Of a DNA stretch of 64,000 nucleotides, positions 50,486-64,000 are shown one piece after another. The translations under genes were made by a program, and so were the position numbers. Positions within the stretch are counted from its first letter, which is position 1. Each line of letters opens with the position of its first letter. This DNA comes from Dimorphilus gyrociliatus. Its lineage: Eukaryota > Animalia > Annelida. The stretch covers positions 496,001 to 560,000 of the forward strand of contig CAJFCJ010000025.1 of NCBI GenBank assembly GCA_904063045.1, read 5' to 3'. The notes beneath the pieces were generated by a model. The model was given only the letters and a program-made list of their open reading frames with translations. It was not told the DNA's origin and searched no databases.

Positions 50486-53400
50486 TTATGTATATCTACA
50501 TAATATTTAATTTATTCCCTTGAAAATTTTTAATGAACTCCATGAATTGTAAATTGTTCTTTATATATTTCAAACAACTGATAAAAATAGAATGATTAAA
50601 TTTCATTTTTGCCTTTCTTTTCCAATATCTCCATCTTACTTGAGCGTGGAAGAGAACAGTATAAAATCGATAACGAATAATTAAATTGTAGGGAAATGAT
50701 AAAAAAAGTAAGTTTTGCATGATACTTGAGATATTTTTAACACAGAATTGGAAGAATATCAAAGAATTAGACAGAGGAACAACGAAAGAGGGAAATAGAA
50801 ACGGTGAAAGAAAAAAAAAACAGTTAGAAAAATAGGGCGATCAGACAACGTCAGAAATAGAACAATGGTATAAAGTAACTGTAGAAAAACGCTTTCTTAA
50901 TATCGAGCGTCTTTATTACGTAGTTTCCGGCGTCGCTAATCGCGTTCGCCGTCGTGCGCCGAATTTTTGGAGCGGCGAAAATCGATTAGAGAAGGTTTTT
51001 TGCGTTCTGATTAGAACAAACCGTATCAGAAAAGGCAAAGAAGGAAATCGAATGAAAATCATACTAAGAGGCAAGACCATACTATACAAAAAAACATTCG
51101 TGAAAAGAGACGCCCAGTCACGTGATATAGCTAAAAAATGGTTTTAGCCAATTGTTATTGCTATATTTTTTCTATAATACTAATGGATTATCTCCAAAGT
51201 TTTCAGATTTTAATGGACAGAAGAATGATAGAGCGTGCTAGTTAAATAAATGAAATTTTAGTATTATTCAAATAGAACAATGATAGGAATGAATAAACTT
51301 CAAGTTAATTTGTCACGTACTTTGTATATGTGTATTTATATGTATATACTAAATCTACACATACTAATATTATGTCTTATATAAACTTATTAAGAGAAAT
51401 AACTTCTAATGTAGAAACACTATGATTTACACTTAATACAGAACATTTATAAAGCTATACCTAAACGAAAAGTAATTAATGCAAGATATAAATATTCATT
51501 ATAAGCTTGTTATTTGTTTAATAAAACTATTATAGTACTTTTATATGAATAATTAAATGTGTTTATAAAAAACACTAAAATATTTTGAACAACGCAATTT
51601 CAAAGGAAGGAAGAATAGAAAGTCAGCTATTTATATTCGATCTAGTAAATTATGCAGATTCCACACAAGAGAGCTATAAAATGCTGTAAAAGAACACATT
51701 GATATAATGAATGAATGTCAGAAAGGGTCTGACTAAGTTGTGAAAAAAGCAATTGTTTCACAATCAATGTACTCAAGGAGAAATTGAAAATTTAAAGTTA
51801 AACGAATGTTTTTAATAATAAGACTAACAATATAAATAATAGATATTTAGGTATGTATTGAATATTGGTTAAAATCAATGCTTAAAAACCAATTAAATAT
51901 ATTTATTATTATTATGGAAATGATGATTCTAAAGTTCTCTACTACATATGTTCGGTTAAAGGCAAATAGCCAACTTGAAAAACATGTGGAACAGCTCGGT
52001 TGTAGAATCACCTACACAATTTTCAATATATATACATATACTGTATATCTATGTATAAATTATATATTTTTTTAATGATTCTGTTTCAAAAGAAATAATA
52101 CCTGTATAAAATTAATAAGTTAATTAAAATATGATTTTAATTTTAAATATATCAGCTCTAATTTGCCAACTATCTTTTTCTACTCATATTTTCTTTTCTT
52201 TCTTCTACCAATCTAATTAAGAGAATTATCAGTATAACGTTACAATGTCTCATTAAGTCCTTAATCATATTTTAAGCAAATTAAATGTAATTTTTCATAA
52301 AACTATTAACATTAATGATGTACCTTCATTTATTTTTTCTAGGTAATACACAGTGTTAACGAGTAAGAAAGATCTCATCTAATGATATACTTAATAAACA
52401 CGAAAGCAAATATTCCCTTCCAATCTGGCCTAGTAGTCGATTATTGGCGTATGTGATAAGGCAACAACTGTACAGTACGTACGTATGTGAGCCTGTGAGT
52501 CTGCATGTTGATATGGAAGCATGAACATTTATACATAAATATATAAGTATATGTATGTACATGTGTGTGAGAATTCATATATGCTTATTTTTAGTAATTA
52601 TAGATATTTGCTTGACGGAGCAAAATTTAAAATAACATTTTGCGAGTGTAAATAATGAGTAAAAGAAATAAATGTGCTTATTGATTAGTGAATGTTAATG
52701 TTATAAACAATAAGTTCATTAAGAGTAAGGAACGAGAGTGAATGGTATATCATCCGTTATCAATTATTAAGAATTGATGATGATAGAAAAACTTCTAGTT
52801 TAGGGAGTTACGTAATAGCTTTTGCTAATATATAGCAATGTAAGAATCTAAAATGGCTTATTAATTGCATACACTTAAAATTAATATAATATTTATTATA
52901 TGTTCATTTCCAAGGGTCAAATTAACAAGGAGAATCTATAGACTTAAAACTTTGCATTAATAACAACCACTATTACTATAAATTATACAACAAAGAAATA
53001 CATTTCATTAATTTCGTATAGCAAGAAAAAAATATCTTAAGATTACTCTTAAGAGCTGATATAATATTACGGCAATATACAATCTTAATATGATTATCAT
53101 TTAGAACGAGCAAGAAATCAAAGAATAATATAAAAAGACTTAACATTCGCTAATTATTTTGATAAACTGATGATAAACAATTAAATTAACTAGTTTATTA
53201 ATCTATTCAGATATACCATTTCCTTCTGCTTCCTAATACTAAATTTTCTATTTGAACAAATAATAAAGTAGAAAAGAGAAAAAGCAAATCTTGTTATATT
53301 AAGTTATTAGCTATTTTATTTAACTAACAATTATTCTAAACATGAATTATATTCTCTTTCCTTTTTCATCAAAGTTATTTTTTACCAATTTTACAATCTT

Positions 53401-54173
53401 TTTCACCTAAAATGGACTATAAACTGTAAATACACAATATAAACCTAACTAAATACTTGTTATTCTAGTCCTATTATATACTTTTGACATTTTGTCTCCA
53501 ATACTTGATTGTAAAATTATTTGACTAGGAAAGTTAATCTCAAATAATGTTAACCTTCATATTTAAATAAGATTAAGCAATAAGGCAATTAAACTTTTGA
53601 TATTTTTAGTTCAACTATTATTCAATATGACTGGAAATGTCTTACAAAATGGCATTACTTTTCTTTCATTTGTTATTCAAACTAATAAAGAGTTTCCTAA
53701 ACATCGAATATAGTCTTCTACGCCCTCGTTTTCAATAATTAATGATTATGTAATAACTAAAAACGAGTTATACAAAACCACCTTTTCAGAATTAAAAAGC
53801 TTTTACAAACACAGAACGCATTAACTATAGATTAATACATGAGCAAAACGAGAATAGGAGAAGGTAGTATCACGTGACCTACTGTAAAAGCCGGGCGATT
53901 AGTGAGCGGTATATAGACAAATTTTTACTAATAATACTAATGGAAGCGTTTTGTACATTTTCCAGAGAAGTGACTGAAAGAGAGGCAGAGAGAAAGAGAG
54001 AGGGAGAGAGACAGAAAAATAGGTAGAAGGTTTATGAATAATTTCTTAGGATAACTACAAAAGAATATGTAAAAGTAAAAAATATGGATATATAGAAAAA
54101 ATAATAAACGTAATAATCTTCCATGGGATAAGCGAGTCAAAACATATTGAGATTAATATATAAATATATATAT

Positions 54174-54238
<65 letters not shown>

Positions 54239-57200
54239 GCAAAAATCAATGGCGGCCGCAAACAGCGTTTGTTTAGAACTGCCGCCGCTTTTAGGAGTCG
54301 TGCGTTTATCGATATAATCAACGGACCGTTTAAGTGCGCGATTATAGGCCTTTACTTACCCTCTACTTTTTTTCTGTGTAAATATCATATAATATTAATA
54401 CCAAATTCATTAGAATTATAATAAGAATCCTTAGCAACTTAGTAGTTAGTAGAAACTGATAATTCTCTCTTTTATTATTTAAAAATTAAAGAAAATATAA
54501 TAAATCTTTTCTCTCTAATAGGATAAAGCTTATATGAATATTCAATATATATAAGTCGTTAAAATTCTACATTACGCATTCATACTATAAACTTTAAAAA
54601 CTATATTAAGTCTGTTTATTCTTTTATCTTTTTCAGAGAAATTATTAAAAATGAATAATATTTCTTTTATCAATCATTCATTCTCTTTTCCTATTAATTT
54701 TTTTCATTTTTGAAATTATACCAATTAGACTGGTTTTTTTCCTTTTATAAATTGGCAGCTAGGAAGTAAAATGTGCAAATTTACCAGTCATGTTAAGAAA
54801 AAGTAAAAGAAGATTATTATAAAATATTTCTTTCAACACTATGATGGAAATAAATTTAAAAAAAAAGGCAGAGAAAGGAAATCGTATTAGCAACGAATAT
54901 AATGTTCTATCAATATCAAAAAAGTGTGATGAATCCGTCGAGTAGTCTAGAAAATATTACGACAATTATTATTTTTGACGTATTGCCCGGCAGCAATGAC
55001 TGCAAAAAAATTTGCAGTTTGGCGGAAAGTGCGAATTTCGACACGTGTTTCCGATCAACTGAATTCGTCTTCGAGCGCAACTGAGCGATGAAGCAGAACT
55101 TCTGTCTCTTTTCGCACGATTTTTTTTTTATATTGCAGTAGAAAGTTCTGTCTAAAAATCCTTTGTTTGCATTTGAAAATGGCGTGCTGACGTTATAAAT
55201 GGGAAAATAGCCAGAATAAACTAGAAAGAAAATTAGTATTGCGATTATATCCTTATAGCTTTCTTTCTCTTTTTGTTTACAAATAAATAGCAGACGTGGA
55301 AAGTAGGCGAAAAAAGGACGATAAATCTTCTACAGAGATTATATTAGCAGTAGCCTATGCGTTTTTACTCTATTGATATATATATATATATATATATATA
55401 AGACCAATCGGAGTGAAAAACTTTATAATCAAAACGACCTTTACATGATTTGCGGTTGAGAAATTTCTTTTGAATTAGAATAGAAAGAAAGTGTTCACCT
55501 TAGACAAGAATAGTTTCTTTTTAACTATTTGCACCCTTTTCTACTACTTGTATTCCCGGGGATATTCTCTTATTTCACGCATAAAAATAATAGTAAAATA
55601 AATCTCTACTGCCTCCATACGTAACCTTTTAAAAACTTCTTACTGTCTACTCCTTTCACCGTAAACAACTTTGTTTACATAAACAAGACTTTTTCCACTT
55701 TAACATAAAATTACACAGTATAATAAAATAACAAGCTATCATGACATATTGCAGCTGCTAGAGCCTACATTTTTTTCCCACAGTTCTCATTATAACATAT
55801 CATTTTTTATACAAAATTCTAATACAATACCTCAAGATATATTTACAAATAAAAATGTCCAAAAGCTATCAAAACATTCAACACAATTGGGAATCCTTCT
55901 CGAAAAGATCTATATAGAGTATAAATATATATATATATATATATATTGCGTGTACTATAAACCTAACATTAAAACTATTCTCTATACCTCTTACTATCTG
56001 GTCTTTAATCTTAGGCTTATACAGAGATTATAATTTGGCTTTCTTCTCTTATGTCTGTATCTATAATATTATATCTGCTATACATATATATTTAAACATA
56101 GCTTATTAAAATCATAAAGAAATTAAAACAATATAAAGAATAAGATGAACATGAACAGCAGTATTAATATGAATGAATTTGGTTTTCTTACCCACGACAG
56201 CTTTAAAATGAAAGAAAACTAGCTTTGTAGATTTTACATCTTTACATGGTTAATCTAGTAATCACATTAGATAATTGATTATTATTGTTGATTGGCCAAT
56301 CTTAATCCATCAACAGCGGAGAGCGAGCGAAAGAAAGTCATTCAACTCTATCTATGTTATTATATCACATTTATTTATTCACTCTTTCGATACTTTTTAT
56401 TAATAAGATAAAAAAATTCATCGATTGTGATATTGAAGTAGAAAACAAACAAATCCCCTCCCTTCTCCTTTCCAATAGGCGACAAACGTAGTAAAATATT
56501 GTATTTATTGTTGTTCATTCTCTTTACTTTACTATTAAGTAGAGTTTTTTTATTCGATATTAAATAATCCCAACGAATAAGACCTCTTACTTAACACTAC
56601 CAAGCGTTTATTTATTAAAAAGAGAGTTGGGGAACGTTAAAGAAATAAAGAAGAAATAAACCAATAGCTATTTAAGAATGTCAATCATAATTATTCATAT
56701 TTTCTCTCTATTCCCTATAGTTTAGCATCCTTATATATATTGGTATATATATATATATGTATTGTATGTCTATAGTTTACATTTATTTATAAAATAAAAC
56801 CGGATGTTCAACTTGTAAATATACATCATCGAATTTAACCAAGTGAGAAATTTCAGCTCTTTTTATACAATATACAAACGCAATCAACATTGTCTTTGTA
56901 AACGTTTAAAGAGGCGTAAACAAAAATTATTCATTCACCGGAAACATCTAAATATTGTTGAATAACATCGTTCTGCATTCTCGAGTTTGATTTATAGCTC
57001 TTAAAACATTATGGACCAATAACTGTGCATAAAGCAATCATTACGGAAAATGATAAACAAGATAAAATGATTTACGGTTTAAAATAGACGGTTAAGGTGA
57101 ATAGAAAACACCTCGCTTTTTATTTCTCTTTTTAGCACTCTCTATCTATATACATAGCTATTTTTATTCCTTTAAGTCCCGTTACTAACTCTGATTATTC

Positions 57201-60200
57201 CATCAATTTAAGACAAATTTTCATTTATCTCTTTACCACTTGATATTTTAAGAATGAAACCTAGGAAATTGATATATTTATATAAAGATATATTTGTACA
57301 AAAATACACTTTTATAATGGTAAAACGCTTTGCTAAATTATCAGAATAATTGTTCAAATGACATATCTTATTTATAGGCCTAACTATTCAACAGCAGGAT
57401 TTTCGGTGCGTTTTACAACCTGTATGACTAATTAATCATAGGTTTGAACAAAATAAGAAAATTATATCGAGTATTACTGATTTATTACAAAGGCGAGCGA
57501 TTATATAGAATCTATTGAATTATTTAATGGAAATATCAATACCGAAATAATTATGAATGATATATATTTATATCATCTAATGTTTAATCGTTTAAATATA
57601 GTATTAACTATTTTCATATCAAAAACATGTAGTAAATGTATATATCTATAGATTTACTAGTATATATCTATATATATGTAAATATACAAGGAACATGAAT
57701 GATAAGGAAATTTTTATCTTTATTCTAGAAAGCTTAAAACTCTTTCTTATATTTTTTTTCCCTAAGTCACTTAGACTTTCGCCAGCTGCGACCAAGTTTT
57801 TTTTAGTTGCTATAGAAACAATTTTTTTTAAAAACAAACTATAAAAACTCTCCTTTCTATATTGGAAAGGGTATTCTACACAATAGTTTTAGTCTCACTC
57901 TGTCCATTGTTGTTTGTTTTGTTTTGTTTGTTCGTTCAGTTTAAAAAAAAAATAAAATAACGGTTATAAACCATTCTTGTGAGAAGTTTTAGTAATCTTA
58001 TCGTTCAAGTTAATTTTGAAAAATTATGTTCAAACACATAGAAATTAAAAATATAAACATAAAAAAAATAAAGAAAATATAGAACACAATGAATATTAAG
58101 AACAACAGTAAAAAAAAGATATATTTATATATATGCAGTATATATTAATACTAAGTTTAAAAAGTTATAAGGGATATTTTGTCTCGGTTTTTAATCGGTC
58201 AGTTTGTTTTTAACTGCTTCTTAACAAATTACACATATACATATAAATGTATCAAATACACAGAGAATAAAAATGTATGCTTACCAGCGAAAACGGATAG
58301 GTGCATAAAAACGATAACATGCTGCCCCAACGCCTTCATTATTGTTATTTTATACTTATTTACTAATTTATCCGTGTATAATGCCCTTTTACATCCTAAT
58401 TAGAAACCTTCTTTGATGAGAATTGAAGTGAATTTTCCTTTTAAAGAGAATAAACTGAATATAATAAGATCCTGTCAATGAACTCTCGTGTACAAAGCGC
58501 GCTCGTACTCTGAACTGTTAGAAAATTTTACAATACTGATCACATGACTTTTCGACAGTGGTGACACCTGCCGACAAAACGTAATTATAAAGGAGGGTGT
58601 ACTAAACTCCCATAGTAACAGCGCAAAAGCTTATAAAAAATTTCCATACGCTCCCTCAGGAGGGGGTGGAAAATTAGGAAGCAAGTTTTCTTTCCGGTTT
58701 GCGGTTTGTTTGCTTTTTGCCTACGTCAAAACAATACGGTTCTCTTTCCTTTTCCTTCTCTCCTCCTCTGCTTTGTATAAAGAAGGAAAGGTTTTCATGG
58801 CGCATCTGGCGGTTTATCGGCGAGATATTTACATTCTATTAATCCTCGGGTTTTCTCATTTTGAGTAGCTAGATAATTGGGAACCGGAAGCTTTCCTACC
58901 ATCCTTACAATAAAAGTAAGTTATTGAAACTCCTTACAAACTTTTTATGACAAAACTACAAAATAGCTAATAGTGTAATCCTACGCTTCAGATTCGTTAA
59001 TCTCTTAATGCCTAAACAGAGAGAAAAATAGACTAGGATGAAAAGATGAAAAGGATTAGATTTAGAACCTATGTCCCGCATCCAATTGTCAATGGACATT
59101 GTTCATTTTAGTTTCAGCACGGCTAATTGGAAGATAAATGAGTAATAGAAATAATAAGACAACCGCCAAGGGACCGTTTCGTTTTATCTCAACTCCTTAA
59201 GTCAGCCAATAATTTTTCGTTATTCTTTTCTAAAATGAGGACAAGAGGAAGATGAGGGAGAAAAGAAAAATAGTGGTATTTTATATAAAGAAAAGTAAAA
59301 ATATGTAGATTGACGAAGAAATAAAGGACTCAAAAAATTAATACAAACAGGCAAACAACATACACACACAGATAGAGTCAAGTAGATGGCTAGGGAGAAA
59401 AAGAGCAGAGAATGAATGATAAAGATAGTGTATATGATAGAAAAATAAAGAAAAAACAAGAAAAGAAAAGCGTCCAAAGTTAAATGGAAAAATGAGATGA
59501 AAGAGTATAAAAGCTTAAAGAAGAAAGGATAAAATATCATTTTTTATTCCATTTTACTACTTAATCGACTATTTTAAAAGAGAAAGATTATAATGAATTT
59601 ATCATTTATATAAAATTTCCTGCTATTGATTTGCTGCTTCAAGGAAGTGTCTCTCAGTCTCTTAAACTTATGCCCTTTAGCTGTCATATAAAACCACCTT
59701 TTTTTATTAACTAATAATCAAAATATTCCCTTAATCGACATTTTTTCCAAACCATATAAGTCTTGTTAATGTTTTTACAATTAGATACTTTCACTTAAAT
59801 GTAAAACTTTGAAATAATATATCTTTTCCCTTTACCCATCATAAGTACTACTACTCATGGTTGCACGAATATTATGTTTTAAAGGAAATAAAGCTCTATA
59901 AATAGAGAGCTATTTATAGAAAGGAAAAAAAGCCAAGGTAAAGATAGGAACGTTGGATGAAATAACGAATATCAGAGGAAAAGAGAAGATGAGTAAAAGG
60001 AAAATTGATGGATAGTCGGTGGAGGAAGTGTGGCAGGGAGATGAAGGGTCAGTAAACGGAGTAAGAAGAACGGTAGAAAAGAAGATTTCCTTTCTTAATA
60101 TCTCTATTTGGACCATTACTCTAAGTCGAGATAAGGCAAAAATTGTCTTTTGATTATCATAAGTAATCATCACAATAACGATCGGATTTTTACAATAGCT

Positions 60201-62197
60201 TTCTTTCTATCTTTTGTTTTACAACTGACAAACTTTTCCTCTTCATCTCTCAAAGGAAATCGCAAAAAGTACGGCTTAAACCATAGGAAAAAATAAAGAC
60301 AAGAAGAATGAATTAGGAAGTAGTAAGTTTACCAGGTTTTGTCAAAAAAATTATGCCCAGCTCGATCTAATGAGAGTTTGAAGGAGACAAACTATAGTAT
60401 AGTGTTTGCATCGATCTCCTTCCAGCAGACTTGCGGTCGATCCAATGATTTTCGTTCGCTACGAAACATCAAAGAGGGAAAATCGTTTAACGCCATGTAT
60501 GTGAGTAAATCATTCTCTTTTTCGTCACGATTTTCGTGTATTTTATCCGTTTGTTTATCAGTTTCCTGTATTATTTTTATGTTATTTTGTTTACTTTCCT
60601 TTTTAAAACAAGATTTCTATCAGATATATATGTAATTGAACACAGTCTTGCGTACAGGATTGTTGATAGGTTGCTTTCACCAAATAGGTGAAGGGGGAAG
60701 AGTAGCTGAAAGAAATCCTTCTAGAAAAACAGGAAAGAAGGAGAAATATTAAAAGTTCACTCTTCATTCTTTTGATCTTAGGCAGATAAATTTTTTCGTA
60801 TTAATTGAAAGAGTTATTCAACGTCAACTCAGTTCAAAGAGGGATCAAAAACTCTTGGGTGCTACATCACGGTGGAAAACATCTATCAACATCAGCGTAT
60901 GGTTTAATATTTAGATCGATTTTTACAATATCCTCCTTCCTGTACATTATATGTATACAATAGTTATTCACAAATTCTTTTAACCCCTATCAAATTTGTG
61001 TTATTTTTTCAATTAGGATATTTTTTTATGCTAAATGCGGCGCATTTCTTCCTTTGGACTGCAAAAGGCGTCTCTAATCAACGAAAACTCGATTGCCTCT
61101 GGAATAAAAAACAAAAAAAAACAGAAAGACAATAGTTTTCATTTTAACTGAAGAATTACTCTACTAATTGTTTCTATTTTTGATCTATTCAATAATTACA
61201 TGGAAGACATACAAATAATCTGGATTCTCATCAAATGCAGCACCATAATGCTGAATTGTGTGATAAAACTGGGTCAATGACCCAATAATGTACTTGATGT
61301 AGAGCCTATATCACCAGCTGTGTTTCATCTTTTTCGTCTTATTCTACGAAGACAAAATTTTTATTCGATAAGACGACAAAGAGATTTATCATAATATAAA
61401 CAGATAAGAATAAATTAAAAAACAACAAATGTCTTTGTTATATTAGACTTAGGAAAAAGAAAAAAAGATCGCCTCTTTGGAATTTCAACAACCTAATATT
61501 CATTTACCTTTCTCTTGGAACCGGAAATAAGCCATCCCATACTATTACTCTAGTTCCCCACATAAAGGTAATTACCATAGTTAATTTGCACAACTGCTTG
61601 TATGAATTAAGTGCATCATTAATTGTTTAACGGATTTAATTAATTCACTTTCATAATTGTAATTCTATATTGGCCAATTTTTTTGAACTAAATAGAGGAG
61701 AGAAATGTGAGAGGAAATAGGGAAGAAAGATTTTCCTTCTCTCTTAGAAATAGAGCAGTAAGATGAGGTGTCTATCACAGTAAAGATTACACACATAATC
61801 TATTATAAATAAAATTATAGGTGGCGTAATAAAACAGTGAATATTTCCAGTGAATTTTTCCATCCAATTAGGCGTTTAGTACCAGTAATGGATTAGTTAC
61901 GTGACCAATACGTCACTTTAATGTAATTGATACTGGTGACCAATGGAAGAGAGGAAAAAACGCCAGATGCTTTTTTTTCCTTTTGAAAAGCAAAACACAA
62001 GATAAATATGTAAAAAAAAACCAAAGACTCACAAGATTAGGTCGTGAAAAAAGAGGAAAAAGAAAACACCGACTTTTAGATATTTAACATGCATATAATT
62101 ATGAAAAGAGCTTTTGCTGTTAGATGAGAAGAAGGAATTAGGAGAAGTGTGAGAAAAAAGATGAAATCAAGTCCCGAGTTTGTACATGTATACAATA

Positions 62198-62261
<64 letters not shown>

Positions 62262-62519
62262 AAGAGAGAAAGGAAGAAATGAAAATATAACATTTATATA
62301 AGAGATATATGATTTTAAATGATCAATTAACACCTTCTATGTCCTCTTTATAAGTATCAATTATTTAGACACCATGATTATGTTTATATACTATATATAA
62401 TATACTAATATGTATTATAAAATGCATATCATAGATAGAAATACTGCAAACAGTCCTAAATACTTTTCTACTCATATTCACTTTTTTCTTTATCATTCTT
62501 TCAATTCAATCTTCCCTTT

Positions 62520-63430
62520 TCATTTTTCAATATGTCTGGAGGTATAATGACGAGCAATCTGAGGTTCAGTTCCTGAAAAGTACAAGTACGAACATATAAA
62601 ATTTACTTAAAGGAATCTCCCAAAGCTTATTAAATATTTATACTACTTTAAAGCTAAATTTATAGACTAATTCAATTTAAAAAATAGGTTTCATCAGCCA
62701 AACTCTTCTCCGTTTACTTTATAAGATTTTGAGTGCGTTTTAGTTTTTTTTACAAGCTTACTTTATGCTGTCGTAGTGTACTATACATTTAAAATCTTCT
62801 TAATCACTTGTATGTCAGTTTTTACTATAAGTATTCTCATATACAGAAGTATGAATATATACATATATACTGTATATATCTATATATATATATATTAAAA
62901 TGTAACATCTTGTTATAAAAAAATAATATTCCTTACCCACAAAATACTTTTCTATAGCCTCAATTCCTTTCTTACACACTTCAATTGGTGGATGTTCAAG
63001 GGGATTATCATCAACGCAAACGGAGAATGTGTGAACATTACCCCATTGTAATTTCTTCAGTCTCGCAAAATGCCTTGGTAAACGTCTTAGACGATTATTA
63101 CCGACCCATAAATCTTCTAAATTAATGAGGTCGCATATAGAGTCCGGTAGGTGGCGCAGAATATTAACGTGTAATAAGAGATTTTGCAGGCTACGCATGC
63201 GAGAGATTCCTTCAGGAAGATCAGCTATGCGATTGTTGCATAGATCTAGGAATTCTAAATCTCTTAGATTGCACAGAGAATTCAGAAAGACATCTATATA
63301 ATTATTACAGGCATGTAGTGATTTTAGTCTCGATAGATTGCCTAGTCCTTCCGGTAACTTTTTTAAGTGGTTGTTACTGATTGATAGTTTTTCCAAATTA
63401 CTTAATAGGCCTATCTCTTCGGGGATTTCG
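62520..63430 (-). CDS. Leucine-rich-repeat protein, 3' part (5' exons not found; probably beyond the window)
   Basis: Exons 63430-62937 and 62572-62520. At least six LxxLxLxxNxL-type repeats, then the C-cap DNPLEHPPIEVCKKGIEAIEKYF as seen in LRRC30/LRRD1/MFHAS1-like LRR proteins, and a short tail GTEPQIARHYTSRHIEK*. Confidence 0.9.
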
Positions 63431-63883
63431 CTGGAGGTAGTGAATATTAGATAACAATGTAGTTAAAGTATTTAGGGATTTATGCAGAGAGAAGGGGGGG
63501 GGGGCAGGGGGAGAGAGAAAGTTTATTTTGTTTGCATTCCTCTATATAATTTTTCATATCTTAAATTCGTCTTTTACTCATACCTTTAAATAATAAATAG
63601 AAAAGCGGCCTACTAGACAGGAAAATATAGGATGAAGATGCAAACGAAAACAGGGGAGAAAATTCTTTTATTCTCTATTACACAAGAGCAATTTTTAATA
63701 TTTCTATCACTGATATTCTAATAATTCTTATATACTTATTTAAGTATAAAAGAATAATAAATAAGAACTTTACACTCTAAATATAGCAACCAATTATTGA
63801 TTAGAATTTTTAAGTTAGTTTTCTTTGTTAATAACTAGCTTCCGCTAAGCTTTTCGTTTGTTCAAATAGAATTGATTATACAG

Positions 63884-63919
<36 letters not shown>

Positions 63920-64000
63920 TGATTGAAAAAAAGAGAGAAAAGCTAAAATAGAAAGAGAAGGATGGAAAGGTACGACAACGGAAATAAGAAATATCTAGCA

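Noticed and set aside
54926-55085. Box C/D snoRNA (GTGATGA ... CTGA)
   Set aside because: No terminal stem or recognisable rRNA guide, and the boxes are short enough to occur by chance.
60380-60422. Pre-miRNA-like hairpin (GAAGGAGA ... TCTCCTTC)
   Set aside because: The stem is short with a large bulge, and neither arm matches a miRNA family I recognise.
61308-61328. miR-317-like sequence (AACACAGCTGGTG on the minus strand)
   Set aside because: There is no complementary arm to form a precursor hairpin, the seed differs, and a 13-nt match to some known miRNA is plausible by chance.
36468-62333. Most short ORFs in the supplied track in this interval and in 3.3-7.4 kb
   Set aside because: They are low-complexity translations of microsatellites or AT-rich introns (YI, SL, RE repeats), or antisense shadows of real exons.
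1-64000. tRNA, rRNA, CRISPR arrays, telomeric repeats, intact transposase or reverse transcriptase
   Set aside because: I saw no diagnostic motifs on either strand by eye. tRNAscan-SE, Infernal and RepeatModeler would be needed to exclude them formally.

Overview
AT-rich, intron-rich animal DNA with short (mostly 55-120 nt) GT-AG introns and many microsatellites. It looks like a compact invertebrate genome; the species cannot be determined from the sequence. I found no rRNA, tRNA, CRISPR array or intact transposon. Gene models were spliced by hand. In order: a trypsin-family protease (minus) with unusual Gly193Tyr and Trp215Thr substitutions; a thrombospondin-like protein (plus) lacking almost all type-3 repeats; a giant type I membrane protein (about 20.5 kb gene, roughly 4,500-5,000 aa by estimate) made of dozens of Cys-poor SEA/ferredoxin-like modules bracketed by two furin sites; a single-exon granin/prohormone-like secreted protein (minus); a bacterial-type PL8 chondroitin ABC lyase (minus) with intact catalytic residues and one spliceosomal intron; two tandem GPI-type Ly6/three-finger genes; a roughly 20 kb stretch with no confident gene but with E-box clusters and CpG-rich islands; and the 3' part of an LRR gene. 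The strongest novelty candidates are the intron-bearing PL8 lyase, the giant modular surface protein, the wire-less thrombospondin, and recurrent TA-CAG-TA motifs inside TA tracts that resemble Tc1/mariner excision footprints.
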